Assembly: GCF_009914755.1 (NCBI RefSeq)
Contig: NC_060937.1
DNA: 64,000 nt
DNA from: the human T2T-CHM13v2.0 reference genome, Homo sapiens
Direction: 5' to 3' (one strand)
This document shows, piece by piece, positions 46,665 through 61,289 of the stretch (position 1 is the first letter of the stretch; every line of letters starts with the position of its first letter). The notes beneath the pieces were generated by a model. It did no database searches. It saw nothing but the letters and a program-made list of their open reading frames with translations, and was not told where the DNA came from. A program made the translations under genes and the position numbers.

Positions 46665-47620
46665 ATTCATTCAAAAACAAATATTGCTTGTCTATTATGC
46701 ACCAGGCACAATGGGAATAACAGCAATACAATGACAAATGGTGCTTAGCTCCAAGTGTCACGGTTTGGCAGAAAAACAGGCAAGAAAATACTAGAATTTG
46801 TCTCATTAGATGTTCTAAGAGAAACATGGAATGACACTATGAGAACCCTGTAGAGAAAGGACCAATGCTTTCTAAGAAATGTTAGGTTAGAAATTACATA
46901 AAAGGTAATCCCTGACAGTCTTGGAGGATTAAAAAAAAAAGTTTGCCATACAAAACAATAAATTAGAGGGATTGCATAGAAGGAGGTGAATTTGTAAAGT
47001 CCACAAGTTGTGAGAAAATGTCATATTTAAAGAATTTTTACAAGTTTAGTATAATTGGGACATGAGATTCATACAGCAATAACCTAGGCAATGTATACAA
47101 AGTAAAAGAAAAAATGTCTTAGATGTCATGCAAAAGACTTGGAACTTTATCCTCAAGGGATAAGAAATTGCTTACAAATTTTAATCAGGAACATCACATG
47201 CCAATATTTTATTTTAGAAAGTTCCTGTTGGAATCAGCTTGGAGATTGTATTGCTGGGGAAGAGATGAAAGGCTGAGAGAGTGATTGGCATCTATTGTAA
47301 CAATCCATGTAAAGAGTGATTGTGGCATGAAGCAAGCCAGTTGAAGTCGATATACGAGGATTGTATAAATTTAAGTGATATGTAGAAGTTTGAATAAGGA
47401 AGATGTAGTGATCGGTGGGATGTGAAAAGGAAAGGGGAAGAGGAAGGAGAAAATCGAAAGTTTCTTTCTCTGTGACAAAGTGGATGGTGATGCCAAATAC
47501 AGGGATAAAATATATAGGAAGTAGAACATTGGAAATAATGTGATAAAATTATAGGGTCTATGGGCCAATGAGATAAAAATAAGCAATAGCTGAAATTATA
47601 GATTAAAATAATAGACAGAC
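46665..47620 (-). mobile_element. L2 3' portion
   Basis: ATTCATTCAA..CTATTATGCACCAGGCAC; TTGGAACTTTATCCT..TTTTAATCAGG..TTTTAGAAAG. Confidence 0.6.
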
Positions 47621-48110
47621 ATCTAGGCTGATTTATAAAGAGGAGATAAATGGCTTAAAGTGTATGGAAAAATATTGGCTCATTTAACAAGAATCCATAG
47701 TTAGAGCAAATTAGGGTTGGATTATCTGGTGGTTTAAAATGGCCAGCCGAGCTCTGTAGTGGCTTCATCAGAAATTTACTAACTTTTGTGGCCATAGGAT
47801 GGCTTCCAGTACAATAATCATGATTAAATATACATAGCCTTGTTTATGCCCTGTAGGAGAGTAGTGCTGATTTTCCATACTCTGTTTTATTTATTTATTT
47901 TATTCTCCCTAAACCTCCAGGGTATATGCTGTTTTAAATGCATGGAAACTTCAAACCTGGTCATTGCAGACCACTCTTTGAACTAGCTCAAATTGGTTTA
48001 GGCCAGCCAATTCCTAATTCAAGGAAAGAGGAATAGGATTAATAAGATTAACTCATTTTAACAACATTCCATCCCTGGAATGGGGGTTGTCTTGGAAGAC
48101 ACCCAAGCAT

Positions 48111-48267
48111 AATAAGGGTTCTTACTGAGAATAAGGAGTGGAGTCACAGATACTAGGCAGACAACCAAAAATGTTGTCAGGGCTAAAGAAATAAATTGGG
48201 TTAATTTTTCAAACTTCTTTATCCTGAACCTTTGTTCAATCGAGAGAAAAATGGAAAAAAGCAAGAA
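48111..48267 (+). repeat. Copy B of the ~150-bp local direct duplication (partner 44903-45049)
   Basis: AGTCACAGAT..AACCAAAAAT..AAACTTCTT.ATCCTGAA.CTTTG.TCAAT shared with copy A. Confidence 0.9.
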
Positions 48268-51200
48268 TATTTTTTAAAAAATACTCTTTGCTTCAGAAAA
48301 TAGTAAGAAATATAACCTTACAACATCTTATTACTAGTGAGGCTAGAAAAAGAAGAGACAAAAATTCACATCACATTTTGTATGGTTATCAAAATGATAC
48401 CCCAAATGCCAATTCCACATGGCATCCTCAGCGCTTCTCAAAAGTATTCATTGCATTTCCTACACATATGAAAGTGTGTTTGTCCACAATGTATGCACAC
48501 ACACGTACAAAGTGCAATATCTCACTTATTTCTTTAGCCCCAAGAGAATTATGCCCTAAGCTTGCTCCAGGCCATCCCTTTAAAAACAAGTCTAATTCTT
48601 TCAATGGAGTACCATAAATGAAATGGCAGATGTTAAAGAATATCCTGGGATCTTCCAAAGGCTGCTGACTTTACACTACAGTTTCACAGATAGGAAAAGG
48701 CTGTGATTAAATCTTACTGAACATTAATTATTCAAGAATATGAGCAAATTCATGAAGGTGGTGAGGGAGTCCCTTAAGGGCAAAAATGTCAGTTTGCATC
48801 AGGATTTCAGCAGGGGAGAGAAAATGAATGAAATGGGAAGGAGTAGAGAAGAGGAAACACAGAGCATGGCCTGTTAAATCTGCAGTTACTAAAAATACAA
48901 AAGATATGTTGTGGATTATCTGGTGCAAAAATTAGGAAGATGAATCTGATATACTTCCAGATATCAGGTGAAGCAGAGATTGCACAAACATAGAAGACAG
49001 AAATGGAGCAAAGAAATGGAAATGCCAGGCTTTGGAAATTCACAAATTGTTGGGGAAAGATTGAGACATTCACAGAATATAGAGAATTAGGGGGACAGGA
49101 CAGGTTTATTCAGCTCTCCAAGAGGCAGGCTCAGCAGAGATCTGGGTGAAATTACATTAGGAACACAACCCTTTACCCAGCATCCTTATGTCATGGTCTA
49201 TCACCAACTGTAAGGCCTGATGTGATCAATGTTCTCAGTTGAGTATTTGAGCCATTCTGCAGCATGACTCAAATTTCCTTTCCTATTTTATTCTTTACCA
49301 TCCCTTACATAAATTCTATGTCCCAGCTAACCTAGATAGTTTAGCGTATTGTACAATTTCCTTTCAGTCCTTTCTCTTTTCCATCACAGTCTATGTTACT
49401 TTGAATACCTCTTTCCATCTCCACGTGTCTAGCCAATTATACCTGGTCCTTGAAGTCACTCAACAACTTTGTCTCTCTCTCCACCTCTCATTTCCACTTT
49501 AGATCACTTGGTTTCTAGCTTGATAATGCAGTGGTATTACCCAGAAACAACAACAAGAAAAACAAACAAAAAAAAAACAGAAAAGGCTATTCTGTGGCTA
49601 AAAGTAAGGTTTCAAATTACCTCAAAGGCCACTAAACTCTGGATTTTGAAATATGCTATTTAGTCATGAAATTGGAGACTCTGTCACAGTTTATCATCAA
49701 TAGGTACAAGTTTTCAATGCTCTTATCATGTCTAGTAATAACATGTAATTGAATATGATGTGAGGCTTCGAGTTACTTTCAAAAGCAGTTAACCTTAGCC
49801 TCATTTTGGCAGTCCAGAACAACTTTCCATCAAACTTTGGTAATTTTTGTTCCTTGATTATTTTTTACACTTGTTTGTGTTTACTTTTATGTTCTTTTTA
49901 ATCCTTATTCTTATTTTTCTCTTTATCCCTTTCCCTTCCTCCTGAATGATACTTGAGCATTTTAATAATGAGAAATAAAAGGAAGAGTGTTTAACTATAA
50001 CTCCTCTCATTCACCCCAAATATAAACTGAAAACTTAGTTTATACTAATAGATAATCTTCATCTCAACAGATTGTAATTCCACAATTGGCCAGTGGCCCA
50101 TGCTATTATTCAAACTATTATAATATGTTAAGAATGCAATGCCTTGAGAATATAATTATTATAAATTAAGGTACCCTGCTAGCTATGTGGGCTTCTCCAG
50201 CAGTTATAAAAATGTTGCCAAGATTACACTCTAGCAATTAGCCCCTAGCATGGGCTGCTAATGGATTTTACACTCAGTTTTAAGTGATATAGCCTAAGAC
50301 TCTTTTAGCAAATAACTCTTAAAAGATGTTTTTAGATTGGATTGGGACAGACTAGCAGATCTTGGTCAATCACACAAACTTTCTCCTGTTTGATAAAATT
50401 GATAAAGCTGAGTAACATCTTAATAGTTGAGTCACAAATGCAAATATAAAAATATAAAAAGGCATAGCTTTTTAAAGAAACCTAAAGTCAAGTTCACAAT
50501 GATCAATGTAAAAATTACTATTTTGGCAAACACAGTGTCTTTGCTATATGTTTTAGCGTTGCATGGAAGTGAGGATCTAGGATTTTTTTTCATTTATTTT
50601 ATCACTATGAACAATCTATTGAGGGAATATATTTAGTTCACTGTGTCTGAGTGAGTCATTTAAGCTATAAATATAAAATTGGTATATCAATGGTCTGTGA
50701 TAGAGGAAATGTAAACCAAAAATGACTATGCCATAATATATTTTAACAACAATAGAAAAAACACACTAAGAAAATCCTCCTCATCCTGAGGAGGAGAAAA
50801 TATAATCTTATTTTTATCTGACAGAATAAAAACACAAACAACTGAGAAGGGTACAGAAGGTCAGCTCAGCTTAAGAAATTTTTCTAAGCACCTAATATGT
50901 CAATAAGACAATCTCTGTCACATATGAGAGTTAGGCTCATGAACAGATGATTTCAGTATAATCTAGAAAATATTCCGATAGAACATTTCAAATAGAGCAA
51001 TGCATATAAATGACTTGCCATTATGCCTGCATAGTAAGAACAAGATATGTGTAAGATATGATACATATATTACGTATTAAAGTGCTAATGGGGAAAGAGG
51101 GAGAAGCACTTAGCCCAGGATAATGATGTACTCTTGGTTACACAACTAGTGCCAAAAGCAGCTAAAATTCAGATTTCTGAACACCCACTCTAATGCCTTT

Positions 51201-52724
51201 TTCCAAAAGGGCATGGTGCTTACAAGCTCCACTGTGATGAAATCTTGGAGTTAAATAGTAAGCAGCACCTGCTAAAATGCATTTGCCATTCTTTTCCCTC
51301 CTTGAACCCCACCCAAATAAAAAGAAAACAGTTTTAAATACTAAAGTTATGTTTTTCTAATAATAGCTTTAACTAGGATGACATCTGCAATAGACAACAG
51401 TGGCATTTATATTTCTCATATATAAATAAGTCACACAACACTTTAAAGGTTAAGTGATGCAAACTATATAGTTACATACAAAGGACTCTTCCTCCTTCTG
51501 TTCATTGGCAATTGACATCCAGAAGATCCTCTCTGTGAATGTTTTATTTCTTTCCCCCACTCTGCTGCCTATGAATTTGGGTTTGCGGTTTCACCATGAG
51601 ACATTCTTGATACAGTTTCATAGATAAATTCAGGGAGGAGTTAATGTAACGCCTTTTAGTAAAATTAAACCTATTAGTTAAAATGTACTCTATCATTCCA
51701 AGTGAAACAAGGTCTAACAGCATGCCTCCAAGTTCTTGTATTCTAATATATGCTTACTTACATCAAAAGCCAACTCTCTTGATTTTAAAAATATCTTGCA
51801 TGGTGAAATGGGAATGCTAATGCCAAATTGGAAGGTTGATTTAAGGACCCACATGAATATTTTAAGATCATTCAACCAAAAGCACTCTACGCTACCAGTT
51901 TATCTACCAACAAAAGTACAGTGCAATTTATGAACCGGATTTCCTTGAAAAATCAATTTAGGGGGATTAATTACTTAAGAAAAGGCTGTTTCTGATATTG
52001 TGTTTCTTTTCAGAAACAGAAAAATAATGTTCCTGCTATGTCTGCCATTACATGTGTTGCCCACTGGCTGATCCCTGACCATCGACCTCAAAAACCTAGG
52101 ACTCTAAACTGTGAATAGTGAAATTGCTTTATCCCTGAAGGAGATTTTGAAGGTAATTTATTTCAAAAAGGATCCAAAGACTTGCTCTTCTTAGAGCCTA
52201 ACATGAGAGCCCCTCATTCATATCCTAGTGGCTGAAAATGGCATGGAAACCAGTGTTTAATAGCTTGACTGGGTATATGTTTCCCCATCCATAAATCCAT
52301 CCCTCTCCCAAGTGGTTTGCAAACACTGCATTTTTCCAGGAAGGTACAGTAAATTTTATATATGTGCCATAAGTGGCTCTGAAGACAAGCCCTGGCCCAT
52401 ATGCTCAGGGCCTAAAGTGACGCTGTCAAGAGTGAAGGGGAATAAGGCCATGCCGCTGAAAGCAGAGCAGGCTGCCTGTCCCTTCTGTTTGTTTTTCATG
52501 TGGTTGTACAGTAACTCCGGGCATTTCCTCCCACACAGATGTATATTCTCAGCCTCAGAGGAAGGAGGCCAAAAGAAAGAAATCAGACTGCATGGGAAAA
52601 CAAAAGATAACAGTAAATGTGTGGGTGGGGAATAGAACAAATGTGAGCTGAATGGAGTTTTGCTGGGCCTGCTACCTCTGAAGCTATTTGGCTTTAATTA
52701 AAAGCTCAGTAAAGCCTGTACCTT

Positions 52725-52846
52725 TCCCACTAGATTGTGGGCAGCTTACAGACAGGGCCTCTGCCTTACTCACAGGTGTTTCCTGCTCAGTGACTCACAC
52801 GGTTTTGCACACAGTAGGTGTTCATATCATGTCTCTAGAATTAAAT
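52725..52846 (+). mobile_element. L2 3' end
   Basis: CCCACTAGATTGTG..CAGGGCC..GCACACAGTAGGTGTTCA. Confidence 0.6.
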
Positions 52847-53711
52847 CTACTGCTGGGGTTCTTCTGTTATACCGGCAGGCAAACATGAAGGCCCAGGACA
52901 GCTTGAGTTAAAAGCAAAACTGCTGGAAGACATTACAACACTGAAATACTACAGGGTTTATGGTGTTGCCATGTGCTGAAAGCCTTGGGAGACCAAAAAT
53001 CTGAGTCACCCTTGAAAGGCAAATTACTTTGTAGATAGGAGTGCATTGTAATCAGATATTTCTCATAAGAATAAAATTAAAAAATGTTTGCTCTCTTTAA
53101 CATTTAGCCTTCCGTAATCAGTACTTCTTGTTCTAATGAAAAGTGCCTTTTGTTAATACTATGCTTTCTGTACTTTTTAAAACTTGTGCATACATTTAGA
53201 AAAAAAAATTGAACAACATAGGGCTAATGAGTTCATGGGCCCAGTACATTGCTTTAAAAATAATCTTGAGCACATCATTTATACAGTTCTGATTAATGTT
53301 TTATGAGGATGTATTAAGGACAATGTTTCTAACAGTAGCAATATGTAAACTGTGAAAAATTAACAAATCATCTGCTATATAATATTTCACACTTGGACAT
53401 CTATAACAATAGGGATAAAACCTATTCCAATCATTGTGGAAAGCTCATCAGATTCTTCTTCCCAGCAATGAACAGTTTTCTCAAGGGGCAGATTATTATA
53501 GTTCTCGCCTCATTGTTGGTGGAGCATAAGCCCAAGAGGCATATATGTATATATCAAGAACTTATTAACACCTTTTGTAAGAATCTGTGTCTGAGGATGG
53601 CGATAAAGGAGCCAGGTGCTTTCAAACAAGGCACCAAGCACTTACTGGTAGCTTTCTGAATATCCCCATATCTTCTTCAGGGTTAACTTTTCAAACAAAG
53701 GAGATATTTAC

Positions 53712-53783
53712 CTTGCCAGTCTAAGCAATAACTGCCAATTTGGGAAACTCTTGTACCTCAGCAGTTTAAGAAATCTAAAGAGT
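53712..53783 (-). other. Candidate 72-nt cassette exon
   Basis: Minus strand ATTATTTTCCTACAG|ACTC...GGCAAG|GTAAAT; one open frame. Confidence 0.2.
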
Positions 53784-55337
53784 CTGTAGGAAAATAATAT
53801 GTTCAGGAAAAAACACAAAATTTATAAACATAAATACTTTTTTCTACTATGTTCTGCAGAACTGCATGCAGCCAAATATTTCTGCAGATAGACAACAAGA
53901 CAAGATATCCAACAGTTAGTGTTTGTTCTGTTTCTTGCCTTCTGAGAACAATGACTTCAGAATGAACAATAGTAAATTCGGAGGGAATCATAGAGAATGA
54001 AAATGTTATCTAGTTGACCTTAAATGTTTCTCACAAGATTTCCTGCAGGTTCTCCTGAATCCCAGGCTGATACTGTGTGGGGTGCACAGAATGACACAAC
54101 ATAATGAAATACTTTGGTTTTAAAAATAAAAACATATTATTTTCTTCACTGGAGATTTGCTATTTGCAGGCAGATCTTCCATCCTAAATTTGGTTGCAAG
54201 AGATACCAATGATCTGATAGCATTTATTATGAAGGGTTCCTTAAATATGTTTAAGCACTTCATTGCTTTTTTCCTCTAATCTGTCTGAACTCTCCAAACA
54301 CTCCTGAGCAGGTAGGGGAAAAAAAATGCAATTTTATCATAATGAAAACTGGTGATCCCACCTACTCAGTTCCTACCATATTGGTATTTTAGTTTACATT
54401 TGCAAATTTTTGTCTATTCTAAGAATGACTCTCATTTAATGTGATCTCCACCAGGTACTTATAAGAAGCACTAATAATTATGTTCTTGGCATGCTCATGT
54501 TAATTAAACCTAAGCAAGAATGAAAAAGAGTAGAACCCAGTGTCTAGCAAAGTTATCACAAGCTTACTCATCTATAAGCAGTAGGCAGCTACATATTGTT
54601 ATTGTACAAAGCACTTCTAAAATATGTTGTCATTTGGCTCAAACTTAATGGAAGCTTAGGATGGGTACTTTAATGATTGGAACAGTGACTCTGTCTAGCG
54701 TAAGATACAAAACTAATGAAACTGGCAAGTAGTCTTCTTTAAGCCAGCAAATTCTCTGCTCTAAAAATCATGTCTGTCTGACAAGCAGGAGTGTATGTCT
54801 CACAGCAGATCCTAGAGCATTTACATTCTCTCAGATTTCCATATTTCATATTGCTTCTTCTTCCCTAGGTACAAAACAACATGTATTGATTCAATATCAC
54901 CCTACTGTCTATTTTAATTGAAATCTTCAGCATATACAAACATGTCAAGAGTTAGTAATAAAAAATACAACTAAAAGCTCAACAAGCAATAGATATAGAT
55001 CTTTGGGGGATTCAAAATCTTATTCTTTCACTCGGTTTTTGAATTATATTAATGGCCACAAATGATGACGCAGTAGCACAAGGGATCAGACTCTGCTCAG
55101 CTAATGTTTAGAAATTCCATAAACATAACCTGCTCCATAATATCTACCCACCAGACTGACCTCAGCAGTGAAAACACCTATTACAGTAGCATTTGGGTTA
55201 AGCCATATTTTACTCCAAAAGATGCTTGTGAAATACAAACACACTAATGAAAGGGAAGAAATCATGAAGCTAGTTTGAAATTAGCGTTGATTCACTCTCT
55301 TTGTGATGTCATCTTTTTGGGAGGTGGGTCTGCATGA

Positions 55338-55673
<336 letters not shown>

Positions 55674-55879
55674 AAGAAATTTTTAGCAAACAGTGAAGGT
55701 AAGAAAAGACTTAAAGGAAGCTGGTCATTCTTCAAAATTTTGGCAAGCAGAAACCATCCTGACTTTCAGTTTCTCTCTTTTCTTCCTTATATATATTAAG
55801 CTATCACATGATTTGCTAAGTTACATCTTTGGAAGATGTAATGAATAGATTATACAACTAATTGGAAAGTTGAAAAACT

Positions 55880-56120
55880 TTTATGTTGAGAAATATTCGG
55901 ATAATAGCCACAATTTATGCTATGTTTTAAGTGTTCCCGGCAGTGTTAGCTATTATATGATATTATTAAAACTTACCGCAGCCATGCAAGACTGACATTA
56001 TTGTCCAATTTTATAGGTGGAAGAAATAAAACTCAGAGAAATTAAGTGGCATCTTCAAAGTCACTCTGCTATAAGTGATATAGTTGGAATTAGGTGCTTG
56101 TGTTTCTGCCTCCAAATCCT
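55880..56120 (-). mobile_element. MIR SINE
   Basis: CCAATTTTATAG..CTCAGAGAAATTAAGTG..AAAGTCAC..TCTGCCTCCAAA. Confidence 0.6.
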
Positions 56121-56139
56121 ATTTCTAAAATAATTATTT

Positions 56140-57130
56140 GGTGCTGCTAAACTCTGGGAGATATCAATAAGCAACATGAATGATAAGGGCAAGCAAGCAG
56201 GGAGTACAGTATATATAGCCAGGGGCTCAGTAAGAGGGGGTCAATGGGGACGTCCTGAGAAAGTGGCACTAAGGTGAGAGTATAAGTTAGCCCTTTAATA
56301 AGGGGTTAGGGAAAGGAAAGGGGAGATGATTTCAGGCAGTGGAAAAGTGTGCCCTCAGGCCAAGAAAGAAATAAGAGGTTAATGGGCTCCAGGAACTTGA
56401 AAAAGGTGAGGTCTGCAGGGGTCAGCTCTCAGATCACCTTGTAAGCTTAGTTAAGGACTTGGGAGGTTATCTGAAGGCTAAGTGAAAAATCCACGGGAAG
56501 TTTTACTTGGAAGGATCCTATTTGCATTATAGAAGATCAATCTAGCAGCAGCTGAAAAAAAAAATCACAACTGTAGGTTGCATTAGAGCATATAAAAAGC
56601 CAGGTGCACACAAGAAGAAGGTAGGAGGGAGGTGCAGCCATTCAGATGAAATGCCCTGGTAGAGGTAGGGAGTGAATGTGGGTTGACTTAGGGAAGTGAG
56701 ATTTTTATATAGATTATATATAAGTATATAAATTCATGAGATATGTATTAGGCAGAAAGAACCGATTTATTCGACGGTGGAGGCGGAAGGTGGGGGATCA
56801 AAGGATGATTCAAGGTTTCTAGTTGGAGGAGGTGGTTAATGCTATCTACTAAGATAAGCTACACAGGCAGAGCAGTAGAGTGTCCCATTTTAGAAAGAAT
56901 GAATTTGATGTGCTGCAGATATCCATATGGTGCTGCCCATATGGACATGACAAGTAAGCCGTTCCATCAGAGCTTGGAAGTGAGTTAATGGTCTAGAGAT
57001 GCAGCACACAGCCTGAGACAGGGTGGAGAGGTTTTGAGCTACGGAATGCCTTGTTTCAGAGAAGCCAGTAGGAGCAGGAGAGAGCTCAAGGTGGATGAAA
57101 TAAAGATCAAAAGAGTGGAACTTACATTGA
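56140..57130 (-). mobile_element. L2 fragment(s)
   Basis: Purine-rich L2-like blocks (GTTAAGGACTTGGG, AGAAGATCAATCT, CAAAGGATGATTCAAGGTTTCTAG). Confidence 0.55.
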
Positions 57131-59527
57131 GCACAATCTACAAGCAGAAAAAAATGGGAATTTTAATTTCCATCTAGGTTATCCAACTCATTTTTTTAAA
57201 TGGAAAAAAAGAGGAATTTGTAGCAGAGCTTTGTCCAAAAATAAATGCCAAATAAGTGCCACACATATGTTTAGAACTTTACTTTTGCTCTATCCTCCAG
57301 GAACTGCAGAATGGAAGAGAGAAGCATAAGGATATGAAAGCCACAAATAGCACAGACGAAACAGGACATAGGACAAGAAACAGCAAAGTGTCATAGAATA
57401 AAGAAAATAAAGTATGGCACGGTTGATGGGGAAATTCCAGTAAACAGTATAAAAAACACAAAGGATACTGGTAGGGGAGCATTGACTAAAATAAACATAG
57501 AAGACATTAGGGTACACAAAATATACAAAGAAGACATTAGGAGAGAGACAGCCTCTTTATTCTCCAGACCACAAGCTATCTCAAAAGGAGTGACTTTATG
57601 CTGGATTAATCTCCTTCTATATTTGTGCACTCAAACAAACTAAGCAATACGAAATACCTTTGTGATTCACTGGTAGAATAAGGTGTATGATTTGCCTTTT
57701 AAGACAAGTTGGCATTTACATTAGGCATATGAACAATACAGATGACACAATTTAAGTTTATAATTTCAGTATTTATCCAGGCCCATGTTTGAAGCAAAAA
57801 TCTCATGATTACTTGAATAACACCTAGCATTTAATGAGCATTTACTATATACCAGATATTGTTCCAAACAATTTATAACAATTAACTCATAAAATGCTCA
57901 TTAAAAATCAATATAAGCTAGATATTATTATCCCACTCTTTTCAGTGAAAGTGAGTTCTCTATTATGAAATGCTCTACAATTATGGAAGCTCTTAGTCAC
58001 CAGTGTAAGGACACACATTGCCAATTTGCGCCCTCCTCCCTCACCACATCCCTACGTTGGGAAAACCAACAACCCAATGTAACAGACTGGTGAAATAACT
58101 GGCAAAGAAAGGAAGGGACAAACCATTACATTACAAAAAATTTTCTGACCATGCATTTAGAATAATTTTCAAAATCTCTTCAAAATGTTAATAGTTCACA
58201 CTGAGGACACTAACTTAGTTAACAGAAGAGTTAATTTAAACACCCGCTCTTTTGAAATTGTATTATTTTTATTTTCATGTTTTTAATTTGCAAATAAAGA
58301 TCTAAATATATTTTATTATTTACCTATCTACACACACCCACAGACAAGCAGACAAAGACCTTTGGTTATTTTATCTTGGAATGTGTGAGCTTTTGTACAC
58401 AGTGGCTCAAAAGATGTTGGTTTCATTATAGTTGATCTCCTACATACTTTACTTTTGTTTGAAAATAATTTATTCAAGAGTCTTAAAAGCCCTAATTAGC
58501 AGCCTCAGAAATTAGATAAATTAGTATTGGTAGAGCTTCAGAATTTTTCTTTCTTTCTTTTTCTAATGCACATATAATGGATATATGCAAGTTTTTGACA
58601 ATTATGTTAACATTCAACATCGCAGAAAAGAAATATATTGCAATGTTTAAAATTATTGAGAAATGTGTTGAAAATGTTATAATCTCTGTTGAGATTGATT
58701 ATAATCTGTTATAATCAATGTTGAGAAATTTGTTATAATCAAAGCAGCTTAAAGAGTTAAACAGAAATAACAGGCCCAAAATCAACCTGAGAGAAATCAC
58801 AGTCCTTAATCAGAAACATTTATGTCCCTGCATCTGTCATATTATCCAGCACTCTGACTTGTAGGCAATGAATGGTCCAAAAAATACATATATTTGAAAG
58901 GGGAAATGAGAGAATATGTTGGGCTGGGCAAATATAGAATAAGCACAGCTCTATTTGCTTAGAACGTCAGAAAACCGTATGATTTTAAATTTATCTTGAG
59001 GGTCTAAATTCTTCCTAAAATTCCTGTTAAAGTTCTCACTATTGTGTTGGTCCTTTTATGAAACTCAATTTCCATTTTATGGATTATATTTTATTATTTG
59101 CACTTAAAAGTCACTGAACTTTTTTCATTCTATCTGGGCTTTTCCCCTTTGGGGAAAATATTACACATACTAAAAAATTATTCTTATTTGCTATGTGAGT
59201 TTTGATATTATTATAGTACATTTGTCAAAACATTAAATATAAGAGTAATAGATCCTATAGGACACATTGGTCAAAGTGAACTCTGACAGGCTCCAGCTTA
59301 TAAATGTGAAGTTATTTTTCTAAAATTCTGGTACAGTTGTTAAGATTTTAAGATAGTTACATGTATATTTGAACAGGTATTATAAGCAGAATCAGTAGTC
59401 ATACAATTCACATTCACTGAGTGTCTTTAAGTGGACAATACTCCCCTTAAGATTTTTGGCTTGATTCAAATAGAATTATGTATCCTAGACCTTCCTGGGC
59501 AGGTGGATTTATATCCTAAGACAAACG

Positions 59528-59804
59528 GGCTGTGTGCAGTGGCTCACGCCTGTAATCCCTGCACTTTGCGAGGCTGAAGCAGAAGGATCAGTTGAGGCCA
59601 GGTGTTCAAGCCTAGGCAACATAGCAAGACTGCATCTCAAAAAAAAAAAATTAGCTGGGCATGATGGTGTGCACCTGTAGTCCCAGCTACTCAGGAGCTG
59701 AAGTGGCGGGATGCCATGAGCCCAGGAATAACAGGTTACAGTGAGCTATAATCACATCACTGTATAGTCTGGATGATAGAGTGAGACCTTGTATCCAAAA
59801 AAAA
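59528..59804 (+). mobile_element. AluJ (Jo-like)
   Basis: AGGATCAGTTGAGGCCAGG, GCAACATAGCAAGAC, TGAGCCCAGG, GAGCTATAATC. Confidence 0.9.
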
Positions 59805-59869
59805 CCCTTAAAAACACTAACAAAAATATTGTCTAAATACAAACAGTGCAATAATTACAGAACACAGAG

Positions 59870-60004
59870 GGCCAGGGACGGTGGCTTAAGCCTATGATAC
59901 CAGCACTTTGGGAGTCTGAGGAGGAAGGATCACTTGAGGCCAGGAGCTGAAGACCAGCCTGGGCAACATAGTGAAACCCCATCTCGATGAAATTTTTTAA
60001 AAAA
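59870..60004 (+). mobile_element. FLAM_C Alu monomer
   Basis: Left-arm-only monomer GGCCAGG...GGGCAACATAGTGAAACCCCATCTC. Confidence 0.85.
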
Positions 60005-60569
60005 GAACAAATAAATAGAATATTTTAGAAGACAACATGCAAAAATGTATAGATTTGCTAAAATGAAATCTTCAAAACTGATTGCTGTTATTTTAAAAGG
60101 TGAAGTTGCATATATTAAGCTATTTTAAGAGGTCTTATTAATTCTCATAAGGTGGTTAATGTACTAAATGAGGCCAGGGTTACAATTTACTTATTTAACA
60201 GTCAAGTGCTTATTTGTGTAGAAGAATGTTTGGCACTTAAAAAACAGCACTGAAGGCCTAATTAACAAAAATGTGATTATTTCTGGATCTGATCACTCCA
60301 TCTATTCTATTTAGCTAGCTGACCTGATAACATCTATCTATGTATCTCTATGTCTCTTTTTGTATCTGTGTTTATTTAATTTCCTGCTGCCAATAAGATG
60401 CATAGTCAATTATTACTTATATTCCCCCAAAGAGAGGACAGAGGTTCAATATTACAGATGATAAAGAAGCTTTCTTGATAGAAGTCTGTCTCAGGGGAAT
60501 AATTTAGGGATAACCCTAGCCTCCTTAGAGTTACTTGCATTTCATGAGAGACAACAAAATGTAAACTGA

Positions 60570-60795
60570 AGGGCCCATGTTCTGAAGTTATAACCCCTTT
60601 GTTCAAATCATGGCTCTATAATAATATAAAAACCTTGACTGATTAACCTCTCAATTCATGTATTTCCTCCTCTGCAAAGTGAGGATAAAAATGGTAACTT
60701 GGTTATGACGTATTATGACAATAATATGGGATAATATATGTAAAGCACTTAGCATAGTGCCTGGTACTTAGTGAGTGTCAGTGGATGCTTTATTA
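60570..60795 (+). mobile_element. MIR SINE
   Basis: GTTCAAATCATGGCTCTA..TTCCTCCTCTGCAAAGTG..GTAAAGCACTTAGCATAGTGCCTGG. Confidence 0.75.
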
Positions 60796-60830
60796 TCATC
60801 ATGATCATCATCCTGATCATCATCATCATC
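60795..60830. repeat. Imperfect (ATC)n at the MIR tail
   Basis: Directly visible. Confidence 0.85.
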
Positions 60831-61289
60831 TACCACACCATCATGAAGACAGGAAGGATAGATTCAACTCAAACTTTTAAGATAGCACTGATAATGTATA
60901 TACAAATTTATATACACTATGCAAAAAATTTTGGATACAAAGATGAACAATTATTTATACTGTGTCTATATTACTACCATATCTGTCAGATAGTCTCAGA
61001 TTCATGACCATACAGAGACTTAATTTTAAATATATAGATTATAACTATGATTTGAGTATTCTTGTCTTTTTACCATTTCTGGTTAAAGATTGGCTCATTT
61101 GAAAACCAACTGTGCTCAACTCAGGACACACTATTTTGAAGTGTCTCCTAGGGGTTAGGAATACGCATAGCTTAACAAAGTTACCCTATGAATTCTGATT
61201 TGTGTTTTCAATCTCCAGATTGAAATGCATGATACAAAACATACTTTCCTTAGAGTAGTGGCTGCTTGGTTGATGAATGGAACTAACTG

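Noticed and set aside
52312-52640. Overlapping 107-aa and 94-aa ORFs in a GC-richer patch
   Set aside because: No domain resemblance or clear splice structure; regulatory function not excluded
57279-57630. Three overlapping minus-strand ORFs in all frames
   Set aside because: Explained by an A-rich plus strand (T-rich minus strand with few stops); peptides are low-complexity hydrophobic
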